Shown: positions 29,744 to 39,538 of the stretch, piece after piece
Layout of the letters: every line of letters starts with the position of its first letter
Position numbering within the stretch: position 1 is the first letter of the stretch
DNA from: an uncultured delta proteobacterium
Lineage (GTDB): Bacteria > Desulfobacterota > Binatia > Binatales > Binataceae
NCBI GenBank assembly: GCA_963765675.1
Contig: CAVXXK010000004.1
Span: 160,001 to 224,000, forward strand
Direction: 5' to 3'
DNA length: 64,000 bases
The notes under the pieces: generated by a model
Databases searched by the model: none
Seen by the model: the letters and a program-made list of their open reading frames with translations, nothing else
Told to the model about the DNA's origin: nothing
Made by a program: the position numbers and the translations under genes

Positions 29744-30716
29744 TCAGAATTTCACCGGACGGAGCGGAAGTTTCCCGCTCGCGATTTTCTCCGGGATATC
29801 GGGCGATGCGTTCTCCCACACCAGCAGCATCGAGCGCTTGGGCGAGTACCCGCGATGGCGAATATCGGCGGGCATCGCGGCAACGTCGCCCGGCTTCATC
29901 ACGACCTTGGCGCGCGGCGCGCCGGTTGCACCATCTTCGACCTCCCAGTGGATCTCGTCGCTGAACTGGACGAACCATTCCACCCGATCGTTGCCGTGGA
30001 TTATCGGCAGCACATACTCCTCGGTCGTCGGACACATCAGGCTATGCTTGCAAACCGAAACGACGCTCGGATTCCAGGTCACGTCCGAACGCGAAAGATA
30101 CGCCGCGAGGTTGAACGCGCGAACCTCGTTCTCGAATCCGGGCTCCGCGCTGATTTCCGGTTCGTCCTGCGCGACGTCGGCGAATTGGCGATTCACGGTG
30201 AATCCATTCTGGTCACTGCGCAGTTGTTCGTCGTCCGGAACATTGACCATCCGCTTGGCGGTGACGCGATGGCGGCCGATCGCCGCGCGATTGTTTCCAT
30301 GCTTCGGGTCCGAACGCACTTCCGGTTTCGGTCGGGCTTGCGAATGGATCGAAGCCTTCGTTGGTCCAGTCATCGAGCATCGCGGCAAACAGCGCTTTGA
30401 TTTTTTCGCTATCGAATGTCTCCGCAAAATCAGTTTTCGCTTCACGGTAGGCAGCATTGAACCGCCCCGCGGAAAGATCGACGGTGCCGTAGTGATTCTG
30501 TGTCGCGATGACGGCATCAAAATTCACGGTGCCGTAGAAAAATCCCCACGCCACATCGCGCTGCAACGCGCGCAGGAACGCGTCGGCGGCCATCAGGTGG
30601 CGACCCTTGGGCCATTCGATGTGCACGAAGTACTCATCGCGCGAGAATTTGAAGCTCCCGAGAGAGAAGCTGCGGTAGCCCTGCGCGTTAGCCGAATCGT
30701 TTTGTGAGTTTGCCAT
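29744..30716 (-). pseudogene. Hydroquinone 1,2-dioxygenase large subunit (HapD/PnpC2/HqdB-like) split by a +1 frameshift near 30306
   Basis: N-half RDVAWGFFYGTVNFD...FDPF; C-half SRSDVTWNPSV, PTTEE...HGNDRVEWF, MPADIRH; removing one base gives ...SAFGPKHGNN. Confidence 0.82.
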
Positions 30717-30730
30717 GATGTTTTCTCTGG

Positions 30731-31234
30731 TCACTTGCGCGCCTGGCAGATCTCGGCCCATCGCTCGATCGTATCCACGCCCTTCATTGTCTGCATCAGG
30801 ATTACCGCGGGGCGTTCAGCGTGAAATTGGTAAGCGGCGCCCGCGGGCAAGAGAGCCATATGGCCGCGGCGGGTCTTGATCGTTCCCATCCTGCGGCCGG
30901 CCGGCGGTCCTTCCAGCGCGATCGAGCCCTGCTGGCCATCCGGCACCAGCGAATTGTCGTCAGGCTTGAGGAGTCGCACTTCGACTTCGCCGTCCATCGT
31001 CAGCGCGAACTCGTCGTGCGCCGCGATGCGCCATTCCGAGGTGCCTTCGGCGCGAATCGCCTCGAGCACGTACTCGACGTTCTGCCCGACCGCGACCTTC
31101 TCGTACGGACGCGACTTCGACGCCACCTCGAATACGTTCGAGAAGGCGTAGTTGCGAGGGTCGTCGTTGATGACCTCGACGCCGCCCTTTTCAAAATTGC
31201 CGAGCGAGGCGAAACGGGTTTCGTATTTGCCCAC
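30731..31234 (-). CDS. Hydroquinone 1,2-dioxygenase small subunit (HapC/PnpC1/HqdA-like)
   Basis: KGGVEVINDDPRNYAFSNVFEVA...PYEKVAV, HDEF; directly upstream of the large subunit. Confidence 0.85.
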   Translation of the reverse strand: MGKYETRFASLGNFEKGGVEVINDDPRNYAFSNVFEVASKSRPYEKVAVGQNVEYVLEAIRAEGTSEWRIAAHDEFALTMDGEVEVRLLKPDDNSLVPDGQQGSIALEGPPAGRRMGTIKTRRGHMALLPAGAAYQFHAERPAVILMQTMKGVDTIERWAEICQARK

Positions 31235-31249
31235 GGCGATGCTCCTGGA

Positions 31250-32458
31250 TCAATGATGTCCCGCGGCGCGGACCATCGTGGGCAGTCCGGCGGGAAATTC
31301 TATCCTCGGCTTACGCTTCATTGCTTTTTCGGAGAGCCGCGCGACCAGGGCCGCTTTCTCGCGCTTGCGCCGCGCGTCACGCTCTTTTATCTCGGGTAGC
31401 ACTTCGCGGCCGAACAACTCGATCGAGGAACTCAGCAATTCGTGCGGAATCCTGCCCGCCTGCGACAGGAACAGCACCTGGTCGACGCCGGAATCCTCGA
31501 AGCCTTGCAGCGCAGCGCGGATCTGATCGGGCGTGCCGACGCAGTTCTGCGCCTGCGATCCCGAAGCGAGCGGATCATCGATCACCGGCTTCACCGTCTG
31601 ATTCTTATAGCTCTGCCACAGGTTAGTCTTGCCCGGCTCGTGCTGTCCGAAAAACGCGTAGTGGCCGAGTCCATACATGAAAAAGCCGTGGTTCTCTTTA
31701 GCCATGCCGCGCACGAGGGTTTCATCGCGATCGCACAGGAATGGACACGCCATCGCGATGTTTGGATTGATCGCGTAACCGACGGGCTCGCATTCGTTCT
31801 CGATCGTCGCGTAATAGTCGTGCACCCATTGGCGCGATTCCTCCGGCGACACGAACGCGAAAGTCAACGCGCCGAGCCCGAGCCGCGCGGCAAGCAGGAT
31901 CGTCTCGCGCCGCGAGCACGCGAGCCACAAAGGGGGATGCGGTTTCTGCAGCGGCTTCGGCACTACATTGCGGACGGGGGCATTGACGAATTTTCCCTCG
32001 AAGCCCATGAACGGTTCTTCGACCAGCATCCGGGTAACGGTCTGCAGGCCTTCGAGCCACTGCGTGCGCTTGTCTTCCTGGGCGACGGTGAAGCCGCCGA
32101 GCTCGACCTCGCACGCACCTTCGCCGGTGCCGAAGTCGCATCGTCCGTCGCTGATAAGATCGAGCGTCGCGATTCGCTCGGCGACGCGCGCGGGATGATT
32201 GATGTACGGCGGCATCTGCACGATACCGTGCCCGATCCTGACGTTCCTGGTGCGGGCTGCGCACGCGGCGAGAAAAATCTCAGGCGCGGAAGAGTGCGCG
32301 TACTCCTCGAGAAAGTGATGCTCCGTCGCCCAGACGTAGTCGTATCCAATGCGGTCGGCGAGCTCGACCTGCTCGAGCGCCTGCTTGAACAGTTGATGCT
32401 CGGAGTCAGATGTCCACGGCCGCGGGAGCTGGAGTTCGTAGAAGGCGCCAATCTTCAT
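31250..32458 (-). CDS. LLM-class flavin-dependent oxidoreductase
   Basis: WATEHHF, HPARVAERIATLD, PKPLQKPHPP. Confidence 0.92.
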   Translation of the reverse strand: MKIGAFYELQLPRPWTSDSEHQLFKQALEQVELADRIGYDYVWATEHHFLEEYAHSSAPEIFLAACAARTRNVRIGHGIVQMPPYINHPARVAERIATLDLISDGRCDFGTGEGACEVELGGFTVAQEDKRTQWLEGLQTVTRMLVEEPFMGFEGKFVNAPVRNVVPKPLQKPHPPLWLACSRRETILLAARLGLGALTFAFVSPEESRQWVHDYYATIENECEPVGYAINPNIAMACPFLCDRDETLVRGMAKENHGFFMYGLGHYAFFGQHEPGKTNLWQSYKNQTVKPVIDDPLASGSQAQNCVGTPDQIRAALQGFEDSGVDQVLFLSQAGRIPHELLSSSIELFGREVLPEIKERDARRKREKAALVARLSEKAMKRKPRIEFPAGLPTMVRAAGHH

Positions 32459-32504
32459 CGCGGGTTCCTCATTCTTGTTTGCCGACTATGCGCACGAATC
32501 ACCC

Positions 32505-32927
32505 TCACTTGTCGAAGCCCTGTGCCTTGCGCAAGTTGTCGTTCAGGACGAGCCACGGCACTCTATCCGGCCAGAAAGCGTGCCGCTCGCTCTCGGCGGG
32601 ATGACCGGTGTTGGCGGCGGGATCGATACATGCGCGGCTGACCGCGATCAAATCGGGCAGCGCGTCGAGATTGATCGTTAGCGGCGAGCCGCAGTTCTTG
32701 CATCGGTTGCGATGCACCTTGTCCGAGCTGCTGAAGCTCTGAAGATCGCCGCCCTTGGTCCATCGGAAGCCGGCTTTCGGAAAAATCGAAAGTGTCACAA
32801 AGGCGGCGCCCTGCAGGCGGCGGCAAACCGAGCAGTGGCAATGATGGCTATCGACCGCCGGTTGCGTGATTGCGAATTGATTCGCCCCGCAGAAGCATGA
32901 GCCTTTTATCTCGTCAAATTTCGCCAT
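32505..32927 (-). CDS. GFA/CENP-V family zinc protein
   Basis: GSCFCG, CHCSVCR, CKNCGSPL; GGAGG RBS. Confidence 0.9.
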   Translation of the reverse strand: MAKFDEIKGSCFCGANQFAITQPAVDSHHCHCSVCRRLQGAAFVTLSIFPKAGFRWTKGGDLQSFSSSDKVHRNRCKNCGSPLTINLDALPDLIAVSRACIDPAANTGHPAESERHAFWPDRVPWLVLNDNLRKAQGFDK

Positions 32928-32955
32928 AGCCTTATCCTCCGATCGAGAAAATTGA

Positions 32956-33996
32956 TTAGCCGAGCCGGGCGCGAACAATTTTCGCACCTTCAACCATCGC
33001 TTTAAGTTTGCCGAACGCGACTTCCCGCGGCAGATACTTCATCCCGCAGTCGGGCGCGACCATCAGACGCTCAGCGGCGACGTGCTTCAGTGCGGCCTCG
33101 ATCCGCGCCGCTACGACATCAGGCGTCTCGATATTTTTGTCCCCGAGGTCGAGCACGCCCACGATCATCGTCTTGCTCGGAAGCTCGCGCAGGACCGCGA
33201 GGTCGAGCCGCGGCTGCGCGGTCTCGATCGACACCTGTTTCACGACACTGCCTTCGAGTTCCGCCAGGAATGAATAGCTCGACGGTTTCTGCGGAACCAC
33301 CGCCGCGTAGCCGAAACAAATGTGAATCGCGGTGGTGCCAGTGATTCCCTCGAGCGCGCGATTCACCATCTTGACGCCATACTGTTTTGCACGCTCGGGA
33401 AAACGCTGCATCCATGGCTCGTCGAGCTGCACAATATCGGCGCCCGCTGCGAACAGGTCTTTCACTTCTTCGTTGACTGCCGCGGCGAGTTCCATCGCCA
33501 GCGTCTCGCGATCGCGATGGTGGCGCGTCTCCGATTGCTCCGACATCGTGAACGGTCCCGGCAGTGTAATCTTGATTGTGCGATCGGTGTGCGCGCGCAG
33601 AAACGCGACATCGCGAACCTCAACCGGCGCAAGACGGCGCACGGGTCCGGAGAAAAGCGGCACCGCGACCGTAACCGTGCGGCCCGCGTTGACGAAAGTC
33701 AGCTTGCCTTCTTTCTCACGATCGAGTCCCGCCAGCGCGTTCGAAAATTTATTGGAATAGCTCTCGCGCCGAATCTCGCCATCACTGATGATATCGACGC
33801 CCGCGCGCTCCATGTCGCGGATCGCGACGATCGTGGCGTCGTCCTGCGCCTGCTCAAGCCATCGCTCGGGAATGCGCCATAATTCCGGAACGCGGATGCG
33901 CGGAACGAAGTGGCTCAGCTTCTCGCGATCGATGAGCCAGTCCGGTTGCGGATAGCTTCCGACCACCATCGTCGGCAGAAGCGTATGCGGTGTCAT
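32956..33996 (-). CDS. Cobalamin-independent methionine synthase II-like (short, single-barrel) protein
   Basis: VVGSYPQP, DGEIRRESY, QLDEP, zinc ligands HICFGY and APDCG. Confidence 0.88.
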   Translation of the reverse strand: MTPHTLLPTMVVGSYPQPDWLIDREKLSHFVPRIRVPELWRIPERWLEQAQDDATIVAIRDMERAGVDIISDGEIRRESYSNKFSNALAGLDREKEGKLTFVNAGRTVTVAVPLFSGPVRRLAPVEVRDVAFLRAHTDRTIKITLPGPFTMSEQSETRHHRDRETLAMELAAAVNEEVKDLFAAGADIVQLDEPWMQRFPERAKQYGVKMVNRALEGITGTTAIHICFGYAAVVPQKPSSYSFLAELEGSVVKQVSIETAQPRLDLAVLRELPSKTMIVGVLDLGDKNIETPDVVAARIEAALKHVAAERLMVAPDCGMKYLPREVAFGKLKAMVEGAKIVRARLG

Positions 33997-34026
33997 GGTC
34001 GCCTTTCCTGCCCGGCTGCCGTCGAT

Positions 34027-34944
34027 TCAGAGATTCGGGACCACATCGCGCGCCAGCAACTCCATATGCTCCACATGATCAAAAACTGGATCCAGCAAAA
34101 GACGCTGCGCACCGGCGCGCACCAGTTCCCGCAATTTGTCGATACATTCCGCACGGCTGCCGTAAATCGAGACGCGAGGAGCCATATCAGCATTGCGGTA
34201 GCGGGCGCCGAACCACTCTCGTAAGCGACGCTCCGCGCGCGCCCGATCATCATCGACCGCGATGTAAACTCGCTTTGAGACGGGGAAGGTCTTGGGATCG
34301 CGCCCGGCATCGTCCAGCAGGCGGCGCAGCCACTCAACGTGTTGGACGAATTCGGCCGACGACGATGATCCCGGCCCCATCCATCCGTCACCATGCCGGA
34401 CCGCGCGCTTCAGGCCGAGTTCGGTGCGAGCGCCAAACCAGATCGGAGGACGCGGCTTCTGCATCGGCTTGGGTTCCATCGCCACGTTTTCAAATTTCCA
34501 GAATTCTCCGCTCACCGAGGCCTTTGGCTCGGTCCATAACGCCTTCAGGACTTGCAGTCCTTCGACGAAACGGCGCGGTCGGCGCTCGCGGGGCACTCCG
34601 AAAATCTCGTGCGGCGTGGTCGGACCGCCGATACCAACGCCCAGAATCAGCCGTCCTTTGCTGAGTTGATCCAGCGTGGACAGAGTCTTGGCTAATTCCA
34701 CCGGGTTACGGATCACGGTCAGCAACACCGCTGAGCCGAGGCGAACTCGCGAAGTCAGCGCCGCAACGTAGGTCAAGAGCGTCACCGGCTCCAGCGCCGA
34801 AATCTCACCGATCATCTGCTCTTGAACCCACAAACTGTCGTATCCGAGCGCTTCGGCCCTGGGGGCGAATGCTCGAATGAGTTCGAGATTAACCGGAGTT
34901 TTGTCGAAGGTTTGCGGAATTGAGATGCCGCATGGAATCGTCAT
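34027..34944 (-). CDS. LLM-class (possibly F420-dependent) oxidoreductase
   Basis: AEALGYDSLWV, STLDQLSKGRLILGVG, PKPMQKPRPPIW. Confidence 0.9.
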   Translation of the reverse strand: MTIPCGISIPQTFDKTPVNLELIRAFAPRAEALGYDSLWVQEQMIGEISALEPVTLLTYVAALTSRVRLGSAVLLTVIRNPVELAKTLSTLDQLSKGRLILGVGIGGPTTPHEIFGVPRERRPRRFVEGLQVLKALWTEPKASVSGEFWKFENVAMEPKPMQKPRPPIWFGARTELGLKRAVRHGDGWMGPGSSSSAEFVQHVEWLRRLLDDAGRDPKTFPVSKRVYIAVDDDRARAERRLREWFGARYRNADMAPRVSIYGSRAECIDKLRELVRAGAQRLLLDPVFDHVEHMELLARDVVPNL

Positions 34945-34970
34945 TTGAATTCCTTTTCGAGTCGGCCCGA

Positions 34971-36578
34971 CTATGGATCAATCAGCACGCCTGGATTCAG
35001 GATGCCCCGCGGGTCGAGCGCCTTCTTTGCCGCGCGCAACGCATTCGCGAAACCGTCAGGCCGCTGGAGGTCGTACCACGGACGGTGATCGCGTCCGACC
35101 GCGTGATGATGCGTGATCGTGCCGCCGAGCTTTATCAATAGATCGGAGGCCGCCTGCTTGACGGCATCGCGCTGCTCCAGTTGTGAGTCTTTTTTCCCCG
35201 GCCCCAGGAATGTGTAGTACGGCGCAGGCCCGTCAGGATAAACGTGGGTGAAGCGGCAGGTCACGCTGCCCTTGCCGCAGATGCGCTTCATCGCGTCGCG
35301 CGCGCATTCGATCACCTGCAAGTGAAAATCCTCGAAGCGATCCCACGTGATCGAGGTCTCGAACGTGTCGCTCACCATCCCCATCGCCGCGACCGTGTCC
35401 ATAAGATACGGAGCGTTGAGAAACGCGTTGCGCCATGCGCCCGCGGCGCCTTCGTGCGTCGCCTCCTGATCGGTGCGCGTCTTGATTTCCTCTTTGGGAA
35501 TCTTGCCGCCGTGATCGGCGCAGCATTCGAGCGCTCGTTTCATCCACGGTTCGAGCGGATGGTCTCCGGATTCGAACGCCAGCACCATCACCGCCTCGTC
35601 GCCGTTGGCGGCGCCGGCGTTGAGCGCCTCGCCCTCATCAAGCACGCGGCAGTTCGCAGGAAACAATCCCGCCTGACCAATCTGCCGGACAGCCTTTGCG
35701 GCGGCAAAGAAACTCGGAAACGGCACCGACGCGCCGATCCGAAACTTCGGGCGATCCTGCAAGCGCATCCATGCCTCGGTGATGATGCCCAGGATTCCTT
35801 CCGAGCCGATGAACATGCGGTCGGGACTTGGCCCCGCGCCCGAGCCCGGCAGGCGCCGCGACTCGATGATGCCGGTCGGCGTGATGACACGGGTCGATTC
35901 GACGAAGTCATCTATGTGCGTGTAGTTGGTCGCGTAGTGTCCGCCCGAGCGCGTCGCGATCCATCCGCCTAGAGAAGAGAACTCGAATGACTGCGGATAA
36001 TGGCGCAGCGTGAGGCCGTGCGGCTTGAGCTGCGCTTCCAGATGAGGTCCGAGTACGCCGCCCTGGATACGTGCGGCGCGCGAAGCCTTATCGACTTCGA
36101 GCACACGATTCAGATGGGTCAGATCGATCGACACCGCGCCACGATAGTCGCCCTTGCTCGGAGCCTCGACGCCTCCGACTACAGACGATCCGCCGCCATA
36201 TGGCGATGCGGCGATCTTCGCGCCGTCGCACCATTCGAGGATCCTCACGATGTCCTTCTCATCGCGCGGAAACGCCACCACATCAATCGGGTTTGGATAG
36301 TATCGGCGAAACGCGCGGATAATATCGCGCGATCCTTTGCCGTAGCTATGGCCCGCGCGATCGTGTGTGCCGGTCGAGCAGATTTCTTTGAGCGAATCGG
36401 GAGGTTGCACCCGTGGAGCGCGAAGACTTAATTCCTTTTCGGTTGGAGGCGGCGTCAAGGTCAACTCGTCCAGGCCGAAGCGTTTCGCCATCCGCTCCGC
36501 CATATGCTTTTGCTGCTCGGGAGTGGGACCCTGGTCTTCGTAGCCCCATCCCCAGAATTTTCGTCGCCGTTCCGCCAT
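34971..36578 (-). CDS. FAD-binding oxidoreductase, alkyl-DHAP synthase-like
   Basis: PYGGGSSVVGG, HYPQSFEFSSLGGWIATRSGG, GSEGILG, THHHAVG. Confidence 0.88.
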   Translation of the reverse strand: MAERRRKFWGWGYEDQGPTPEQQKHMAERMAKRFGLDELTLTPPPTEKELSLRAPRVQPPDSLKEICSTGTHDRAGHSYGKGSRDIIRAFRRYYPNPIDVVAFPRDEKDIVRILEWCDGAKIAASPYGGGSSVVGGVEAPSKGDYRGAVSIDLTHLNRVLEVDKASRAARIQGGVLGPHLEAQLKPHGLTLRHYPQSFEFSSLGGWIATRSGGHYATNYTHIDDFVESTRVITPTGIIESRRLPGSGAGPSPDRMFIGSEGILGIITEAWMRLQDRPKFRIGASVPFPSFFAAAKAVRQIGQAGLFPANCRVLDEGEALNAGAANGDEAVMVLAFESGDHPLEPWMKRALECCADHGGKIPKEEIKTRTDQEATHEGAAGAWRNAFLNAPYLMDTVAAMGMVSDTFETSITWDRFEDFHLQVIECARDAMKRICGKGSVTCRFTHVYPDGPAPYYTFLGPGKKDSQLEQRDAVKQAASDLLIKLGGTITHHHAVGRDHRPWYDLQRPDGFANALRAAKKALDPRGILNPGVLIDP

Positions 36579-36641
36579 AGCCCGAGCTCCTTGTCCGAAT
36601 TACGCGCCCACGCGCCGGCGCCGGAGGTCCCTGTGGCTTCT

Positions 36642-37038
36642 TTACTCCGCGGAGACTCTCGCGAGCAATCGCGCTTCGATCACCGACGCCCCGACGCCAC
36701 ATGACGGCCGGGAGTTTCTTTCGCCGGCGCGCCTGGCGGTGACGCTGCCGCTGCCGCGGAACCAGGGAGCTTGCATCCACTTGGCGGGGCCGCATTTCGC
36801 CAACTCGTGCTCCTGGCAAATCAACTCGTCGGATGACGTGATGCGGCAGTTCCAGTCGCCGACATCGACGACGTGCAGGAACATCATCGTCATGTAACTC
36901 ATCGTTTCGCGCAGCGCGATCGTCTGCCCGCGCGCGACATCACAACCCAGCGCTGGCTGACGCGCCGAGAAAGATTCCGGCGTCGGATAGAATCGCCAGC
37001 GTCCCGATCAACCTGAGCAAGCGCGCACTACGCCTCAT
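36642..37038 (-). pseudogene. Possible secreted Cys-containing protein split by a +1 frameshift
   Basis: Signal-peptide-like MRRSARLLRLIGTLAILS from ATG 37038 stops early; the adjacent frame continues ALGCDVARGQTIALRETMSYM... to TAA at 36642. Confidence 0.4.
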
Positions 37039-37073
37039 GCGAGATTCTCGCGACCGAAGCTGCCAGTTTCTCC

Positions 37074-38036
37074 TCACGCTTTGAATAGTACGCTGATGCT
37101 CTCGCGGTTGTGGATACGCTTGATCGCCTCACCGAAAAGCGGCGCCACCGAAACAACCTCGACCTTCTTCGATAGCGCGACAGGCTGGGTTTCGATCGAA
37201 TCGGTCACTAGCAGACGCTTTATCGGACTGGCGTCGAGCCTTTCCATCGAGCCTTGGCTGAAGACCCCGTGAGAGACCGCGGCGTAGACGGCTTTCGCCC
37301 CGCGTTCGACGAGCTTCTCGGCCGCATCGACAAGCGTGCCCATCGAGATCGTGAAGTCATCGACCAGCAGCGCGGTCTTGCTTTCCACGTCGCCGATGAT
37401 CTCGAGGATCTCGGCGCGTTCATCGTGCGCCTTGCGTTCTTTGTCTGCGATAGCGATGGAGGTGCCCAGGAACGACGCAAACTTGCGCGCCTGCTTTGCG
37501 AAGCCGGTGTCGGGCGAGACCACGACGAGGTCCCGCAACTTCATGCGTTTGATTTCCTTGCCGAGTACCGGCAGCGCGTAGAGATCATCGACCGGAATAT
37601 GGAAGAAGCCCTGGATTTGCGGCGCGTGCAGGTCCAGCGTCACCACCCTATCCGCTCCGGCCACCGCGATCGCGTCAGCGCAGACTCGTGCTCGAATTGA
37701 AACCCGCGGTTCGTCCTTCTTGTCGCCCTTCGCGTAGCTGAAATAGGGCATCACAACAGTGACCGACTCGGCACTGGCGCGCCTGAACGCGTCGATCCAG
37801 AAAAGCAGTTCCATGAAATTATCGTTGGTGGGAAAGACCGTCGATTGAACCAGATAGACGTCGCGCCCGCGCACGTTTTCTTTGACCCGCACAAACAGGT
37901 TCCCGTCCGAGAAACGCAGCACTTCGCCGGCGCCCGGCCGCAGGTTCAAGTACTCACAAATCTTCTGGGTCAACTTGGGACTGCCGCTGCCGCCAAATAT
38001 GGCGATGTCGTTCGCCGAATCGGACTTCCGCTTCAT
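37074..38036 (-). CDS. prs: Ribose-phosphate pyrophosphokinase
   Basis: RFSDG, VRGRDV, MPYFSYA, DLHAPQIQGFF, VVSPDTG, LVDD. Confidence 0.95.
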   Translation of the reverse strand: MKRKSDSANDIAIFGGSGSPKLTQKICEYLNLRPGAGEVLRFSDGNLFVRVKENVRGRDVYLVQSTVFPTNDNFMELLFWIDAFRRASAESVTVVMPYFSYAKGDKKDEPRVSIRARVCADAIAVAGADRVVTLDLHAPQIQGFFHIPVDDLYALPVLGKEIKRMKLRDLVVVSPDTGFAKQARKFASFLGTSIAIADKERKAHDERAEILEIIGDVESKTALLVDDFTISMGTLVDAAEKLVERGAKAVYAAVSHGVFSQGSMERLDASPIKRLLVTDSIETQPVALSKKVEVVSVAPLFGEAIKRIHNRESISVLFKA

Positions 38037-38216
38037 CCCTCTCGATTAGCATGCGACAGGCAATTTCCACTACGCCCGAGTTCGAATGCGCGGGTGTGGA
38101 AAGCCCAATTCGATCGATACTGGATCAGTGGATGAAAGCGAGGACCGTGCGGCAGCCCGCGACGCGACGTTGATTCGCATCGGGCAGGTCTGCCGCATCC
38201 GAAGTGAAAGACTCTT

Positions 38217-38513
38217 CTAGTAGTTAGTGGTAGTGCTCGACGAATGCTCGCTCGAGTTGCCCATCGGCGCGCCGTTCGACGATGACGACGAATGTTCGGT
38301 AGTTGTGGTTGGAGCCTCGACAGCCGGCGCCACGACCACGGGAGCAGGTGCAACCACCACCGGCGCGGGATATGCCACGACGGCGGCCGGCGCCGAGGTT
38401 GTGGTTTCGCTCGTGCTCGTGGTGTCGGAACTGTCAGCGAATACGACGCCGACGCTTCCGAACAGCACCGCGATGCCCAAGGACAAAGCTGCAGTCTTCA
38501 AAGAGTGTTTCAC
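38217..38513 (-). CDS. Small secreted Ser/Thr/Pro/Val-rich low-complexity protein
   Basis: GGAG RBS, signal peptide ending VFA, PAPVVVA repeats. Confidence 0.75.
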   Translation of the reverse strand: MKHSLKTAALSLGIAVLFGSVGVVFADSSDTTSTSETTTSAPAAVVAYPAPVVVAPAPVVVAPAVEAPTTTTEHSSSSSNGAPMGNSSEHSSSTTTNY

Positions 38514-38750
38514 AATGATGTCTCCGTTAGTTCCTCATAAGAATCGTTCATCTTTAGAGTAAGAATGTATTCAGCTTCGCGGCAAGCACATCTCTGGGGC
38601 GATTGCGGTTTGAGTGCTCTGGGGCACCGCAATCGCGAGTAGATTGTCGACGTTATGAATCGGGAGACGGCGACTAGACGATCGCGTACGAGCGCGTCGA
38701 CAAGGCGACCTTATGCAGCCTTGACTTCTCGAGGCCGAAAACGCCCAGTC

Positions 38751-39521
38751 TTATGCGTCAACCAGGCCGAAGCGGACGCCGCCGATCATCACGATATCGT
38801 TCGCGACGAGGCTGCCGCGTTTCTTCGCGCTCGCGAGCAGACGCGGCCGATCGACGACGACCAAATCGATCCCGCCGAGGCCCTCGCCACGTCCGTCGGT
38901 TTCCTTGACGAAGCGGATCGTTCCGATATCGAGACGAATCGCGGGGTTGCCGTGCGTGTCGCGAGTGAGCGGCCGCTCCAGGATTTGAGCCCATCGCTCG
39001 GCCAGCGCCGCAGGCTCGGGTGATTGAATTTCGGCGGCCGCGATCGCGCGGACGACGTCGGTCCGCACTGCCGGCTTCCAGTTGCGTCCGGCCGGAGCCC
39101 ACGGGCCGTCAGGAGCTTCACCGCCCTTTTGATAGTCGATCTCCAGAAACGTACCGCCGGTGTCGCGCGGATGGAGCTGCATGATGCTGTACTCGGCGGA
39201 GTCATCCTCGAGCGCCTTGCGGATGCCGAGCTCGGCGGCACGGCGCTTGCGCGGTGCATGCTCGTCGCATTGCAGGATACACATGTAACCGCCGTCGCCG
39301 CGACGCCGTTCCAGGTAGCGGCCCCCGGCGGTGTTTTCCTTAATCGGAGCGACCACCTCGATAAACTGGCTGCCGACCGGGAGCAACGCGTTCTCGAGCC
39401 CGAAAACTTTGACGCCGGGGTCGCGATGCCCTACTTCGAGGCCGAACACCGCGTGCAAATCGTCAACCACCGGAGCCAACTTGTTCGCGACCAATGCCAA
39501 CTGGCGCATACGGAGCCACAT
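38751..39521 (-). CDS. VOC/glyoxalase-like protein
   Basis: LRMRQLALVA, DPGVKVFGLEN, QLHPRDTGG; GGAGGA RBS. Confidence 0.85.
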   Translation of the reverse strand: MWLRMRQLALVANKLAPVVDDLHAVFGLEVGHRDPGVKVFGLENALLPVGSQFIEVVAPIKENTAGGRYLERRRGDGGYMCILQCDEHAPRKRRAAELGIRKALEDDSAEYSIMQLHPRDTGGTFLEIDYQKGGEAPDGPWAPAGRNWKPAVRTDVVRAIAAAEIQSPEPAALAERWAQILERPLTRDTHGNPAIRLDIGTIRFVKETDGRGEGLGGIDLVVVDRPRLLASAKKRGSLVANDIVMIGGVRFGLVDA

Positions 39522-39538
39522 ATGAAATCCTCCTCCGG

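Noticed and set aside
22890-30312. Programmed frameshifting at the two broken catabolic genes
   Set aside because: No slippery heptamer or stimulatory structure is visible; a one-base indel explains both
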